Counted from the first letter of the stretch, positions 1-14,189 are shown. The stretch: DNA of 64,000 nt from Lingula anatina (GCA_051362555.1 CM120645.1:10354001-10418000); one strand, 5' to 3'. Made by a program: numbers and translations. The notes: a model not told the origin generated them from the letters alone.

Positions 1-1447
1 TTAAGAATATCTGGTTGACAATATTAAGACACATACTTCCATTAAGTTTCCCTGTACATACATGTAGTATTAGAAGTTAGTGGATGTGTGCACTCCAAAC
101 GTTTATTATGTCGAGGTCAGCACATCATATTTTGTATAATGTGAATAGAATATATTTGTTATATAAATAATCTTACTTAAAAGTCTTTTTAATTTTAAAA
201 TTATACATATTTCCTCTGACATTGAACAAATACGGAATGAAGTTACAACTATGGGAATAATTAAAATAAAAAAGATTTATTAATTTCATTTCATATCTAC
301 ATATTGTACTAGTTATTGAAGATCTCTGTAGTGGTAACATTGAAATATAAAACCCATTCTGACGACAAAGATGTATAGAAATAAAATATCATTACGGAAT
401 GAACTGCCTACTAAATTATAATGCTAACACATCGACTGCTTAAAGTATATCGTCCGAGATAAGTTGATTTCTTAAGGGTGCCATATATATTGAAGGCGGT
501 TATGCATTATGTGCGTACTGGACAATAGAATTGTCACCCCCTAAATCAGAGTAATCAAAGTTATTAACCTGAAGAGGCGGAATATAAGCAATGTCAGAAT
601 ATCAATATTGTTGAATTGTTCAGTCAGAACCGTTTCTATTGTGAAATTTGATGTTAATAAAATGATACCAGGAGCACATCATTCCACAGTCATTTATCTC
701 CCCCATAGTATTGGTTCAGTGGGGATGACACTTCTATTGTCGAGTATGTGCATATCAAAATACAACATTAAACCAAATTGTGATGCCAAAGATATATAAA
801 AAAAAACTCATTACGTGATCAATTACCTAACATTACTTAGAATACTATACAACATATGCTATTATACATGGTTGATAAAAGTTAAATCTTGAAACTATCT
901 GTAGGTTGCTACATATTAACTGGGGTATATACATGTATATCGATATCGATATACAAAATCCAGCTACACGCATAATATATTTCTAAGGGTTCCAGTATTT
1001 CTGTTGTCTATTAAGAACTTCAATTGTGCATGTTCCATATATGGCACTGTGCTGGAGATACTAACAGATTGGGATGAAAGTCTAAAAACATTTCTATTGT
1101 AATTTTCCTTAAGTATACAGTGAAAAAAAAAACATTTAAACCTTTCAGCGTTTTATGCGTTTTCAATGTTTCAAAATATGTTCCGGTTTTACTAAATTAA
1201 AAGACAATATTTTGTGAAATACCGAAAAATATTACAAGACATGTTGAAAAGAAAACATTTCGCTATTGCTGAGAAGATTAAATAAATGTAAAATAAAATG
1301 TTCTCAGTGACATTGAACTGAAGGAACAAGTCAATTGGGTCTTTAAGGAGAGCACCATACAATTTAAAAATTTCATTCAAAGAAAAAATCCATTTAACCG
1401 TTCTGCGTTTAATTTGTGAACTTGAAAATATGCCTGGCTCTGCCAAA

Positions 1448-2817
1448 TTAAAGACCAAAATCTCGTGGAATACCGTAAAAAAAAGCAAGAAGGGTAGAAA
1501 AGAACACATATGTCAAAATTGCTGGCAAGAAGAAGAGGGTATTGCCAAAAGAGATGGTCTGGCAGCACCCACAGTTTGGTAAATCACCAGGCTTACATCC
1601 CAGGGGATCGACATTTGTTCCATTAATGGCTTGATTGGTCACTACTAAGGCAGTCTGGTCAATAGTATCAGGGCAATCATAGACGTCAACTTGCATCGTA
1701 GCCCTCTCGTGGTCAGTCATGACGACAGACACTTTGTAACCACATTCTTTGCGTATGTCATACTGAATGGTGTCGTCTGCTACTAAAGGGTAATAATCAG
1801 CTAAGGTCTTCATACCGTTGTGTAGGTTTACCTTGACGTCCGAGTATTTGGCTTCAAATGAAAATATTCTGGCGTTGTAGGCGTTTGGGGGTACCACGTG
1901 GAACAATATGATTACATAGAGGTCCGTCCCCTCGATATTGTATACAAATGATCCTTCAGGCTCCCCACTACTTCCGACTTGATCAAACTCGAGGACAGTG
2001 GCTTCTCCTGGGCCGATTCTCTCTGGTGGAATCACTTTCATTTTCGATGCCTTAGTATACACAACTGGATTCACCAAGGCTTTTGTGCCCAGGTAGTTAC
2101 GTATGGTCACAATACAAGTGCGAGTAATGGCCGCCTGAAAGTGTGATTTTTGATATGTTATATTTGAAAAATAAAATGTATGTAGCTGGCATCAATTTAC
2201 ACAGGCGGATCCAGGATTTGGCTGGGATAAGACATCAAGAAAGTAAAACCTTGCACGGCCTCGGTGAGTTATCGCAGCTGCTGGTCCCCAAGCTGACTTT
2301 ACCCAAAATTATTTTGTATAATATTTACAGTATAGAGAATGAATACATTTATGGGGCCTGTAAAATTAAACAAAGGATAATATAAACTTCGTGAACGTCT
2401 ATATTAATTTATTGATGAAACACCTTTTCTCAATAAAAGTGAATGGGATTGGCATACAAAGTCTCAAAATAGAATAGACATGCAAAAATATATGATATCT
2501 GACTTTGTACCAAAAGAAAATTAATTATAATCCAACAAATGTGGGATATTCAGATATCAATTTGTACAAGCACACACGCACGCACACACACATACACACA
2601 CACGCAAATAAAGTTGGTTGATGCCTAAGTTCAGTACCCGGTATGTCCAAGGTTACATGGACTCATTTGACAACAACACAAAGATCTTTATTGACAAAAT
2701 TATGTGCCAGTCTATCATTGTATTGACACACTTTGATATATGTGGCTGCAAAAATTGTGATTAAATAGATTAGAATGACCTATTTAGCACCTGTACATGT
2801 AGCAGTAGATTTAGATC

Positions 2818-2867
<50 letters not shown>

Positions 2868-3535
2868 GGAGGTGACAGAGAGAGGGAGAGAGAGATAGAG
2901 AGGATGAGACAGGGGGAGAGAGACATACTTAAAATAAATGTAAATGAAACTTCTGCTAGTCTGTTATCTTTTTCCTCTCTCTGTCTCTCCCACTCACTCT
3001 GTTTCTCTCTGCATGTGTGTGTTTGACTACAAGAGAGAGAGAGAGAGAGAGAGAGATAAAACTAATGGTAGAAGGTACATATAGTTGTGAATTTGAATTT
3101 AAAGAGTCGGCGTAGCCGAGTGTCTCATAATCTGAGATCTTCTTCGAGTCTTTTTTCCTTTTCTTTTTCTGTCTCTCTCTTTGAGACTGACTGTCTGTAT
3201 CACTGTTTGTGTGTCTTTCAACACGAGAGAGAGAGAAAGAGAGAGAGAAAGAGAAAACCAATTACACTTACGGGCAAATTATTCAGTACGGTGTTGATAA
3301 CGTCCAGTCCTAACTTTGCAACGGCAACCACCGGTCCGACAACTTCAACATCCCTCTCAACACGTGTCTCAGCATCTTCTATGAGCGGACTATCTTCCAG
3401 TTCTGCTCCTCGTACAACCCGGTCAGAAGCTTCTTTGTCCACCGAGTCATCAAAGGAAATGTGGTCAGCAGGCGCTACACCAAGCAGGACGAAAAGCAGA
3501 TACAGAATGATCGTGGACATAAACTTGGAATTCAT
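1448..3535 (-). CDS. Actinoporin-like protein copy 1 (2 exons, ~316 aa; GPI-signal-like hydrophobic C-terminus)
   Basis: Exon1 3535-3272 (MNSKF...signal peptide, propeptide ending RVER, helix ...LDVINTVLNNLP, donor GTAAGT). Exon2 2134-1448 (acceptor TTTCAG; AAITRTCIVTIRNY...LVNPVVY...PPERIGPG...GSFVYNI...ILFHVVP...VMTDHERATMQVDVY). Phase-0 join is in frame. Motif order and spacing match the actinoporin (anemone cytotoxin) fold. Confidence 0.85.
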
Positions 3536-3907
3536 ACTGCAATGTATGTTTAATTAAGCCACGTCTTACTTTCGCTTTGTCATGTTACAGTGCACGTCTT
3601 GCCTGGATATTAATATCGTTATACACTGTACCTGAATAAGTGACTCACTATAAAGGCCTACTCCCTGCTGTTGTGCTAATACCTGTATGACCCTAATGTA
3701 AGTTTGAACACAGAGGGTATGCACACAAGCGTGCTATTCTGCGAACTGCTTAGTCATAAAATTCTTCGAAATCAAACATTTAAGAAAAGTTTCTATTGCG
3801 ATTATTAGTTTATGACATGATGTGCCCCTTTGCGGATCAACAGCGGAATGTAATGCAATAACTGCTACTTCATGATGCTACTTATATAAAAAAAGTCCAA
3901 CAGTATT

Positions 3908-4074
3908 CAGGCCCGTAGCCAGCAAATTCAAAAGGGGGGTTCTTTTTCTGAAAAAGTGGACCTTTTACAATGAAATTTATGTGTACCTAGATAGAATTTT
4001 ACCCAAAATGGACCTTTTCCTGACAAAAGGGCCGGTTCTTTCGAACCCCCCGAACCCCCCTGGCTACGGGCCTG
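3908..4074. mobile_element. Short MITE (TIR CAGGCCCGTAGCCAG...CTGGCTACGGGCCTG)
   Basis: 15-bp TIR flanked by GTATT on both sides. Absent from the paralogous region near 8920. A degenerate relative lies at ~40214-40376. Confidence 0.75.
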
Positions 4075-6116
4075 GTATTGTTATACCATTGGTTCATTTG
4101 GTATGTCTCAAAAGCAGTGTAACACAAACATCAAACGCTCCTTACTTTCTTTGTAAAATCAAAAGGTGAACTCAGCAAACTGAAAATTAACCTGCGTTTA
4201 TTCGAGCACTCTTAAGAGGCTTAGATGTCTGTCTCGCCAACTAAAGCTGCTAGGGGGTAATTAATTAATTATCATTTAGCAGCTTCAGTAGGCGTGCCAG
4301 ACATCTATACCGCTTAAGCTGAAAGCAATTTAACGAGAAAACCCTCTTGGATGAATCGATCCTGTTAGATCGATCTACATGTAGGTATGGGAACCCGGTC
4401 ATAAAGTACGCATATGCAAATACGCCATCTAATGGTTGGTGTCATAATAGCCTTTGAAGTGTTTTGAATTAAAATTTTAACTGTGATAGGAAACAAAAAG
4501 TGTGATAGTATCTAATTAACCGTTTGTCAGCGTTAAGTATCCTAGGTACTAGATTTTGGTATCGCCAGCTCGATCTTGATTTCATGTATAACCCACATCA
4601 GCATTACTGACTCCAGCGGCATGCTGGGGGAGCGTTCGGCAAAAGTTTGACTGGGGCGCTTCCATATTTGGAAGTCACATGTCTCGTACGTTACAGCTGT
4701 GTCCCGCCTGGAGCTGCTCTCGCCTTGAGCTGACGTCATCTCGTGGAGACGAGACAAAGAACAAAGACCAAAGAAGCAAAGTTTCTGACGCGGAGTTTGA
4801 ATTTTGAACTAAGAATACCTTGCAATGGAAAAATCAGTGTCACAACCCAAGCACCTTTCTGCTTTAAAAACTGATTTTTGGTGTAGCCATTGCACAGTAC
4901 TTATAGTGGTATCGGACATACAGTGTAGCTGTCAACTTGGCACATGTGTACTGTGTTTATATCTTCAAGAGCTAATGTTTATTGATAGGCAATAAAATAC
5001 AAAAACACATGGAATGTCTTTTTCTTTTAAAAGTATATTATTCATTTTTCAATTAAAATCTTAAATACAGAAAACAAAAATTAAATTAAGCAAAATTAAA
5101 TCTGTTTCACTTTTTATTTTGGACTCATGGCATTCAACTGCGGATAAACTGCAAAGCAGTTCCTTTGGTTGACAGATACTCAAAATTGCCGCTATTCTTC
5201 AGGGCCACTGTAAAGTCAATACATGAAAAGGTATAGTGAGCAATCTAGGGTAGCGTAAAACGGCTTTTACAATATCTTAACTGACCTGCAATAGATATAT
5301 CAAATTGATATAGAGCTCCCTTTATATAATTTAAACTTGTGATAGCAAAAGTAAAAAGTGATGTAATACATGTACATGTACGAATGTCCAGTTTAAATGT
5401 CAAATTAATTTTTACATGATGATATGGTCTATAAGGATGATTCTAGTTTGCATTTGAACTTTCATTATTTTAAATGGCTTGACTTTGCATATATTGATTT
5501 ATCACCAAAACTATTTCACATTTGAAAGTGACTGCACAAAAATACAAGTATGAAGAAACGGGAAGTACATTTCTTTTCGGTTAAAAAATCTTTGAATAAA
5601 ATTCTTTCAAAGTACTATAATTATAGTGAAAATATACACACAGGCGTTCCAATATTATGTAATGTATATAACACATCGTCTACATGTGTTCCTGCTACTT
5701 GCTTTACATGTAGTCTACAAAGCTTAAAAATGTGTCCCATACCATTGTTCTGGAAAAAAAAAACAAGTCAGTCCAGCTGTGTTCTAAAGCTAAAAACACA
5801 CTGAAAACTACCTTCATAACAAGACTCATCGTTCAAATACATTTGACTGTCTGCTAAAGCCTACAAGGTATTACAATGTGTTGCACGCCCTTGTTCTGGA
5901 GAAACAGATTAATGTAACTGTAGGTCTACATGTATATGGACAGCACACTACAATTTCACCCTCACCATTCTCAAACAATTTCACTGGTTACAGAGCACGG
6001 ATTTTTTAAAACTTTTACCATATACACACGCTGCTTTTTACAACTTGGTCCATGGCCACAAAATTATGCGATCTTGTATCAACATACGACCCCCCCCCCC
6101 CCCCCCCCCCCCCGCC

Positions 6117-6280
6117 AATTACGCTCTTCCTCCCGCATAAGGCTTGACTACGGTGACAATTCTTTTAAAGTCGCTTCATCTAGGGAATATAATTTACCGT
6201 CACTTTTACCACGTAGGGTGGATTATCCGGATACTTTTAAAAGAAAACACAAGACTTACCGATTTAAGAAGTTCCATGAA
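6117..6280 (+). mobile_element. Decayed L2/CR1 LINE 3' fragment carried in the tandem unit
   Basis: LRSSSRIRLDYGDNSFKVASSREYNLP...FKRKHKTYRF resembles the L2/CR1 ORF2 end. Homologous remnants at ~11155-11310 and ~19490-19640. Confidence 0.55.
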
Positions 6281-6391
6281 CGTAGTTTTTATATATGGCT
6301 TTTTAAAATGAGTGGCGAAGTAGTTTTAATTTCTACATAATTTGCTTCAACCTTTTTTCCTTTTCTTTTTGTAGACATTGTGTTGTAAAGT

Positions 6392-7981
6392 TTATCGTCT
6401 GCATGTTGCACAACAAATACATGCTACTATAAGTGATATTACTATGAATGCTGACAGTGATATCAATATTATCATAATTTGTTGTTCTGAAAAGAAATTA
6501 TAGTTGGCTTTGGGGGTCAAGAGAGAATCAGTGTAGTTGCCAGGAATAATGTGACAGCACCCACAGTTTGGTAAATCACCAGGCTCACATCCCAGTGGGT
6601 CGACGATAGTTTCATTAGCGGTTTGGTTGGCCACGACTAGGACAGTCTTGTCAACAGTATCCGGGCAATCATAGACGTCAACTTGCATCGTAGCCTTCTC
6701 ATGGTCAGTCATGACGACAGACACTTTGTAACCGCATTCTTGACGTATGTCATACTGAATGGTGTTGTGTACTACCAAGGGGTAAAAGTCAGCAACAGTT
6801 TTCATGCTTTGGTGTAGGTATTCTTTGACATCCGAGTATTTGGCTTCAAATGAAAATATTCTGGCGTTGTAGGTGTTTGGGGGTACCACGTGGAATAAAA
6901 CGATTACATAAAGGTCCGTTCCCTCAATATTGTACACAAATGATCCTTCAGGCTCTTCATCTTCTCTGGCTTGATCAAACTCAAGGACAGTGGCTTGCCC
7001 TGGGCCGATTCTCTCTGGTGGAATTCCTTTCATGTAAGATGCCTTAGTATACACTACCGGATTCACCAAAGCTTTTGTGTCCAGGAAGTTACGTATACTT
7101 ACAACACAAGTGCGAGTAACGGGATCCTGAAAGTGTGACATTTGACACATTTGAAAATTGCTATGTACAGTGTATGTAGCTGACATCAATTAACACAGGT
7201 GGATGGAAGATTTTGCTGGGATAAGATATCAAGAAAGTAAAACCTTGTGCGGCGTCGGTGAGTTAACATGCTAGCTGCGGGTCATAAATCCCCGAGCTGA
7301 CTTTTGCCAAAGTCATTATTTTGTATAATATTGACACTAATAGAGAATGATAACATTTCTGTTGCCTGTAACATTAATCTAAGGACAAAAAACTGCGTTA
7401 ATTCATATATTGACGAAAAACGGTTTAATCGAAAAAAATAAATAAAATCGGCATACAAAGTTTCAAAATGGAAATTCGTAAAAATAAATGGCCCCATTCA
7501 GAATAGGGGACTAAGTAGTCCGAGTGACAAAATGGCTGACCCACTTGAATTCTTCCCCACGGGATATCTATTCAGTGTCTATTAGCGAATTAGACTGCAA
7601 GCTTTGTAGTGGGTCGCCATAGTTGACCCTTGGACTAGTTAGTCCCCTATTTTGACTGGGGCCTATAATATCTGGCTTTGCACTGAATAAATTATAACCC
7701 TGCAAATGTGGAATATTCAGATGGATTCATTTAGATTCATTTGGATTCATTTGACAACATCTTTATGAGAAAATTATGTGCAAGTCGATCATTGTATTGC
7801 CACACATTGATATATGTTGTTGAAAAATGACCTATTCAGCATCTGGACTACAGGTAGTACATGCAGCAGTAGATTAAGATCAGAGAGAGAGAGAGGTTGA
7901 GTGAGAGAGATAGCTAGGAGTGAGAGAGAGAGAGAGAGAGAGGTTGAGTGAGAGAGAGAGAGGTTGAGTGAGAGAGATAGC

Positions 7982-8062
<81 letters not shown>

Positions 8063-8557
8063 TTGAGTGAGAGAGATTTAAAATTAAAAGAAGCTACATG
8101 TACATGTGACTATGAATTGGAAAAGTTGGCGTAGCCGAGTGACTCATATTCTGAAAAGTGTTTTCCTTTTCTTTTTCGGTCTCTCTTTAAGGCTATCTCT
8201 CTTTGTCTTTGTATATTTGTTTGTCTGCATGAGAGTGAGAGAGAGAAAGAGACAGAGAGAGAGGGGGAAAGACAGAGAACCAATCCTACTCACAGGCAAA
8301 TTATTCAGTATGGCGTAGATAACGTCCAGTCCTAACCTTGCAACGGCAACGACCACTCCGACTACTACAGCATCCCTCTCAACACGTGTCTTAGCATCTT
8401 CCATGAGCGGACTATCTTCCAGTTCTGCTCCTCGTACAACCCGGTCAGAAGCTTCTTTGTCCACCGGGTCATCAGACGAAATGTGGTCAGCAGGCGCTAC
8501 ACCAAGCAGGACGAAAAGCAAAAGCAGAATGACCGTGGACATAAACCTGGAATTCAT
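6392..8557 (-). CDS. Actinoporin-like protein copy 2 (2 exons, ~332 aa; C-terminal TM helix + CICCATCRR tail)
   Basis: Exon1 8557-8294 (donor GTGAGT), exon2 7126-6392 (TTTCAG|GAT CCC, DPVTRTCVVSIRNF...). Clear paralog of copy 1; ends IMIILISLSAFIVISLIVACICCATCRR. Confidence 0.85.
7490..7663. mobile_element. Short MITE in intron of copy 2 (TIR GGCCCCA..CA.AATAGGGGACTAA.TAGTCC)
   Basis: About 30-bp imperfect TIRs; absent from the homologous intron of copy 1 (~2490). Confidence 0.75.
7881..8076. repeat. Compound (GA)n microsatellite in intron of copy 2
   Basis: GA runs interrupted by GGTTGAGT and TAGCTAG units. Confidence 0.9.
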
Positions 8558-10303
8558 ACTGCAATGTATGTCTTATTAAGCCACGCCTTACTTTCGCTTT
8601 GTCAAGGTTACAGTGCGTGGCTTGCCTGGATATTAATATCGTTATACACTGTACCTGAATAAGTGACTCACTATAAAGGCCTACTCCCTGCTTTTGTGCC
8701 AATACCTGTATGACCCTAATGTAAGTTTGAACACAGAGGGTATGCACACAAGCGTGCTATTCTGCGAACTGCTTTGTCATAAATTCTTCGATAACAAACA
8801 TTTAAGAAAAGTTTCTATTGCGATTATTCTGATAAGTTCATGTTTCCCTTGTCAGATCTACAGCGGAATTTAATGCAACAGCTTCTAATTCATGAAGCTA
8901 TATATATAAAAAAGAGCGACATTATTTTATACTATTGTTTCATCTGGTATGTCTCAAAAGCAGTGTAACACAAACTTCAAGTGCTCCTTAATTTCTTTAT
9001 AAAATCAAAAGGTGAACTCAGCAAACCGAAAATTAATGTGCGTTTATTCGTGCACTCTTAAGCGGCGTAGATGTCTGCCAAGCCTACTGAAGCTGCTAGG
9101 GGGTAATTAATTATCATTTAACAGCTTCAGTACGCGTGCCTGACATCTATGCCGCTTAAGTTGAAAGCAATATAACGAGAAAAATCTCTGAAATGGATCG
9201 ATCCTGTTAGACCGACACATGACACGCCAACGTCAACACATGCGTACAGCGTAAAGCGTTTTTTACAGTATCTCAACTGACCTGAAATACCCGGTACATC
9301 TATCGAAATGATTTAAACTTGTGATAGCAAAAGTAAAACGTGATGTAAATACGGCTGTCCAATTTAAATGTCAGCTTTATTTTTACATGATGATATGGTA
9401 TATAAGGTGTCTCTCCATACCGTTTCGAGCCATTGTCATTTTCGTGATTGTATAATTTCTGTTTGTAGATTTTGCTAAAAGAAGTGTATATTTTAAAATT
9501 ATATTGAAGGCCGTTAAAATCACACTTAATGTGCCAAATATTTGTAAACCGTCAGCAAAAAGCAGAACTCTTTGTCCTTTCGAAAGCTGCTTTTACAGTA
9601 TCTTAACTGACCTGAAATACACCTAACAAACGCAAAGGTAGTTGGGATTTAATTAAGCTAGGGCGTATTTTCGTGGTGATATTGAATTCAATGGATCTGT
9701 TGACCAGGGACACTCGATTTACGACCCACCTCATATGTCTATAAGACGCTTTTCAAACGTTCTGTAGATTATAGAGATTTTGGAAATCATAAAAGAAAAA
9801 AATATTTTCAGCTTTAAAGTTCCGTTAGATCAATATGTACATTGGATGTAGTTCACTCGAAAGAAAGAAAATGCGTTTGTTAAACTGATGATTTCCATGA
9901 ATGACAAAGACAAAAGATGAAAAATGATCCAAGTTTGTATTTTTGCATTATTATTTTCATTATTCTAAATGGCTTAACTTTGCAAATATTGATTAATAAC
10001 TAAAATTATATCACATTTAAAACTGAATGCACAAAATTACAAGTATGAAGAACATTAATAACTCTTTTTCGGTGAAAAAACAATTATAGTTTAAGTATAC
10101 ACCCAGGCATTCCAATATTATTTAATGTATATAACACATTGTCAAAATGTGTTCCTGCTGCTTGTTATATATGTAGTCTACAAAGCATGACAATATGTTC
10201 AATACCATTGTTCGGGAGAAACGAGTCAATCAACACTGAAAACTATCTTCATAATAAGACTCTTCGTTAAACTACATTTTGACTGTCGACTGCGTAAGCC
10301 TAA

Positions 10304-10849
10304 GAGCGCATTCTCAACGAAATAAGCCAGGCTTTACAAAGCCGGTGACCTAAAAATGGCGGACGTACATAAAAGAAAAACCGCCTAATCTTTTAATAGT
10401 CTCTCCGCCTCTCACACGCCTCCCCACACGTCGTCCCGGCGGGGTACAGTAATTAAATCTCGGCTCCGAACATTAATATTTCCGCGAATATCTCTGGTGA
10501 TATTATCTCCGTAGATAGTCGATTCATTGCTGCTCTACGGGCCAAATTATTCCTTTTTCGTCTCTGTTTTCAAAGATAATAGAACAGAAGAGCTTTTTTC
10601 CTTCGATCGCCTTCAGCCGCCATGCTTTCTTTACCACGAGTTTAACTGATGAGCATGCGCACTTAATATTTCTCAGGTAGCTTCCGCATGGCGAACGGAG
10701 ACGCGATTTAATTACTGTACCCCGCAGGGACGACGTGTGGGGAGGCGGAGAGACTATTATGAGATTAGGCGGTTTTTCTTTCATGTACGTCCGCCATTTT
10801 TAGGTCACCGGCTTTGTAAAGCCTGGCTTACTTCGTTGAGAATGCGCTC
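10304..10849. mobile_element. PIF/Harbinger (Tourist-like) MITE, 546 bp
   Basis: Long TIRs GAGCGCATTCTCAACG...CGTTGAGAATGCGCTC flanked by a TAA duplication. Empty site GCC-TAA-AAGGC is present in the paralogous unit at ~19224-19235. Confidence 0.9.
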
Positions 10850-11436
10850 TAAAAGGCATTAAAACGTGTTCTATGCCCTTTTTCTGGAGAAACAGACTAA
10901 TTAGACTGCACACTACAATTTTAAATTTACCGTCACATCACCCCTATTCCCAAACAATTTCATTGGTTGCATATAAAAGCACGGATTCTTTTTAAACTTT
11001 TTCTGTATATGCTAACGCTGCTTTCACAGCTTGGCCCATGGCCCACACCTCGCCGGTGTGGTGTAAAGCCGTGAGCGAGATTCTGCGAGATTTTAGAAGG
11101 ACTGCTTTCACCCCCACGCCATCTAGCGGCAGACCCTCAAAGCTGTTATTCCCAATTACGCATTTCCTTATCGTAAGGCTCGTCTCGTCACATATGGTGA
11201 CAATCTTTTAAAGTCGCTTCATCTAGGGAATGGAATTTACTTGCACTTCTACCACGTAGGATGGATTATCGAACTACTTTTAAACGGGAACTCAAGATTT
11301 ATCTTTTTAATAAATTCTAAGAATATTTTTTTTACTTATAACTTCAAATGGTGAGTGACATTGTTTGCTAAAATAATTTTTCCTTTTCTTTTAGTAACTT
11401 TTTTTTATTTTTCACGTTGTACTGGTATTGTAAAGT

Positions 11437-13028
11437 CTACCGTCTGTGTCTTTTGTAGAAAATAGCAATTATTAGCAGAACTAGTAAAACTGCTACTAGT
11501 TGTGATAGCGCTATAGCTAGAATTTGTTCTATTGACAAAGAATTAGAGTTGGCGTTGGAGCTCGAGAGAGAATCAGTGTAGTTGCCGGAGATATTGTGGC
11601 AGCACCCACAGTTTGGTAAATCGCCAGGCTCACATCCCAGTGGGTCAATGATAGTTTCATTGGTGGTTTGATTGGTCACGACTAGGACAGTCTTGTCAAT
11701 AGTATCCGGGCAATCATAGACGTCAACTTGCATCGTAGCCCTCTCGTGGTCATTCATGATGACAGACACTTTGTAACCACATTCTTGACGTATGTCATAC
11801 TGAATGGTGTCGTGTGCTACTAAGGGATAAAAATCCGCAACAGTTTTCATGCTTTGGTGTAGGTATTCTTTGACGTCCGAGTACTCAACGTCATAAGTAA
11901 ATATTCTGGCGTTGTAGGTGTTTGGGGGTACCACGTGGAATAAAACGGTTACATAAAGGTCCGTTCCCTCAATATTGTACACAAATGAGCCTTCAGGTTT
12001 TTCATCCTTTCCGGCTTGATCAAACTCGAGCACAGTGGCTTCCCCTGGGCCGATTCTCTCTGGTGGAATTCCTTTCATGTTAGATGCCGTAGGATACACT
12101 ACCGGATTCACCAAGGCCTTTGTATCCAGGAAGTTACGTATACTCACAACACAAGTGCGAGTAATGGGATCCTGAAAGAGTGATATTTCAATATATAATG
12201 TCCATGTTAAGTGATGTAGAAATTCAATGTAAAGTACATGTAATTGGTATTAATGTATGAATATTGTATATCAGTAGAAGATGATGGTAAGTATTGCCAA
12301 TTTTGGGTACTGACTTGTTTTGTTTGTTATACTGTTCTTATGCTGAGGGTGTAGCACGTACGTGCTGGTACACCTGAGTCCAACTCAAATCAACACTGAA
12401 AGGAGGTTAGTGACGGTGGGAGGCAATGTGTTGTTTTAGACTGACAGTACAGAGACTAAAATCAAGTGTATCTTAGGATAATATCAACTTTGTTTATCAA
12501 CTATTTATTTTATTAATGAATTGATGAGAAGCGAGTTTTCCTATTAAAAAAAATGAACTAAAATGAAGAAAGTAAATTAATAAAATGGGCAAGCCAAGCC
12601 AAGTTTAAATATAAACAATATTTTACTTTGCTCTGAACTAAAAGAAATTTTAACCGAATAAATTGAGGGTATTGAAATATCACTTTGAATCCAAGCTTTT
12701 AGTCGATTATTCAGTTCAATATGTCCCAGGAGTCATGAATTCATTTGACAGCACCATTAACGCCTTTAAATGGAACGAGCAACAGGACTTAAGTATCGAG
12801 AGAGCCGAATGATTTATTATCTGAGATCTTTTAACTTCTGTCAACTTCTGTCTTCCCCCTCTCTTCAATTTCAATTTATTAAACCTTTAAGCCCTACGGC
12901 TCATCAGAATATAAAACAGTGACAATATAAAGTTATATCTAATCAACTACCATGACTACAATAACCACTACCGATACAATAACTACTTTCTGTTACTCAC
13001 ATTCTGTTTGCCTGTGTGTGCGTTTTTC

Positions 13029-13062
<34 letters not shown>

Positions 13063-13340
13063 AAAAAAGACACACTTACGGGCACATTTTTCAGTATGGT
13101 GTTGATGAAGCCCAGTATTAAGTTACCACCAGCAATGACCGCACCGACAACTGCAACATCCTTCTCAACACGAACTAGTATCTCAGCATCGTCGTTGGGC
13201 AGAGAATACAGGTATTCCAGTTCTGCCTCTCTTCTAACACGGTCCACCGGGTCGTCAGACGAAATGTCTTCAGCAAGGGTTATACCAAGCAGGACGAAAA
13301 GCAGAAATAACATGACCGTGGACATAATTCTGAAATCCAT
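11437..13340 (-). CDS. Actinoporin-like protein copy 3 (2 exons, ~331 aa; C-terminal TM helix + YKRHRR tail)
   Basis: Exon1 13340-13080 (MDFRIMSTVML...RVRR...NTILKNVP|GTAAGT), exon2 12171-11437 (TTTCAG|DPITRTCVV...). Ends ILAIALSQLVAVLLVLLIIAIFYKRHRR. Confidence 0.85.
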
Positions 13341-13686
13341 GGACATGTTTGAATACATGTAAGTATGTAGCAGATGTATGTCTAAACCGCCATTTTCTTT
13401 CTGTTTGGGAAATTTACAGCACACAGCACGCCTAATAGGAATCGATAAACACTTTTCACAGTAGGTGACCCCTTTATCAAGAGCAAACATGTCAAGATAA
13501 GGATTACAAACGCGCAACTTTCTGTTTCGATCTTCGTGATAAGTAGGGGATTTTTATGAAAATGTATTTATGGGGTAAAATAATTGATCACATCATTTTG
13601 TAAAGTGACCGTAGCGTCGACAGGGAGTCTAAATGAAATTATTTAGCATCTTAAAGTAACTTTATTACTTTATTAAAAGGACTTGA

Positions 13687-13719
<33 letters not shown>

Positions 13720-14189
13720 GGAGGGGGGGCAACTTACCCCGGGGTCCAACTAGCCCCGGTCTCCCCTACATGTGTACCTTTTTTATTCTTACTGACACTA
13801 CACGATGGAAGAAATGGCCACCTAACGCCCAAATACAGAGGAAACAAAAATTGATTCATATTTTAAATCTTCCGGAGAATATTACAAAATGCTCAGCTGT
13901 TAATGATCTGCCCTGCTATAACTGCGCATGCCGTTTTTGTCGTAAAACCGAATATATTATATTTCTATGAGTTATTCACTATGTTTTTATTGTGAAATAT
14001 AGACCTCATACGAAGAGATATTATCCCTTTGACTGAATTACAAAATGTATTAATAGACCGTGAAAACAAGGAAAATAGAAGCAGGGAGGAAGAGCTAACG
14101 CTACCTTTTCGATACACGATTTTGTTTAAATCCCTTTAATCAGCTGATTACTGGAAACCCGAAACGGACAAATAAAATTGCGATCTATA

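Noticed and set aside
320-840. Weak internal duplication and 63-aa ORF at the window start
   Set aside because: Highly degenerate AT-rich similarity with no recognisable coding or element signature.
3641-3656. TGACTCA (AP-1-like) and TATAAA-like motifs upstream of copies 1 and 2
   Set aside because: The two regions are near-identical overall, so sharing is uninformative, and the motifs are not evident upstream of the other copies.
10524-10784. 86-aa ORF repeated at 43176-43436
   Set aside because: Lies inside the palindromic MITE; identity reflects recent transposition and there are no transposase motifs.
13687-13718. Long poly-G run (also ~60390-60425)
   Set aside because: Simple homopolymers, common in this window and error-prone; no specific function can be supported.
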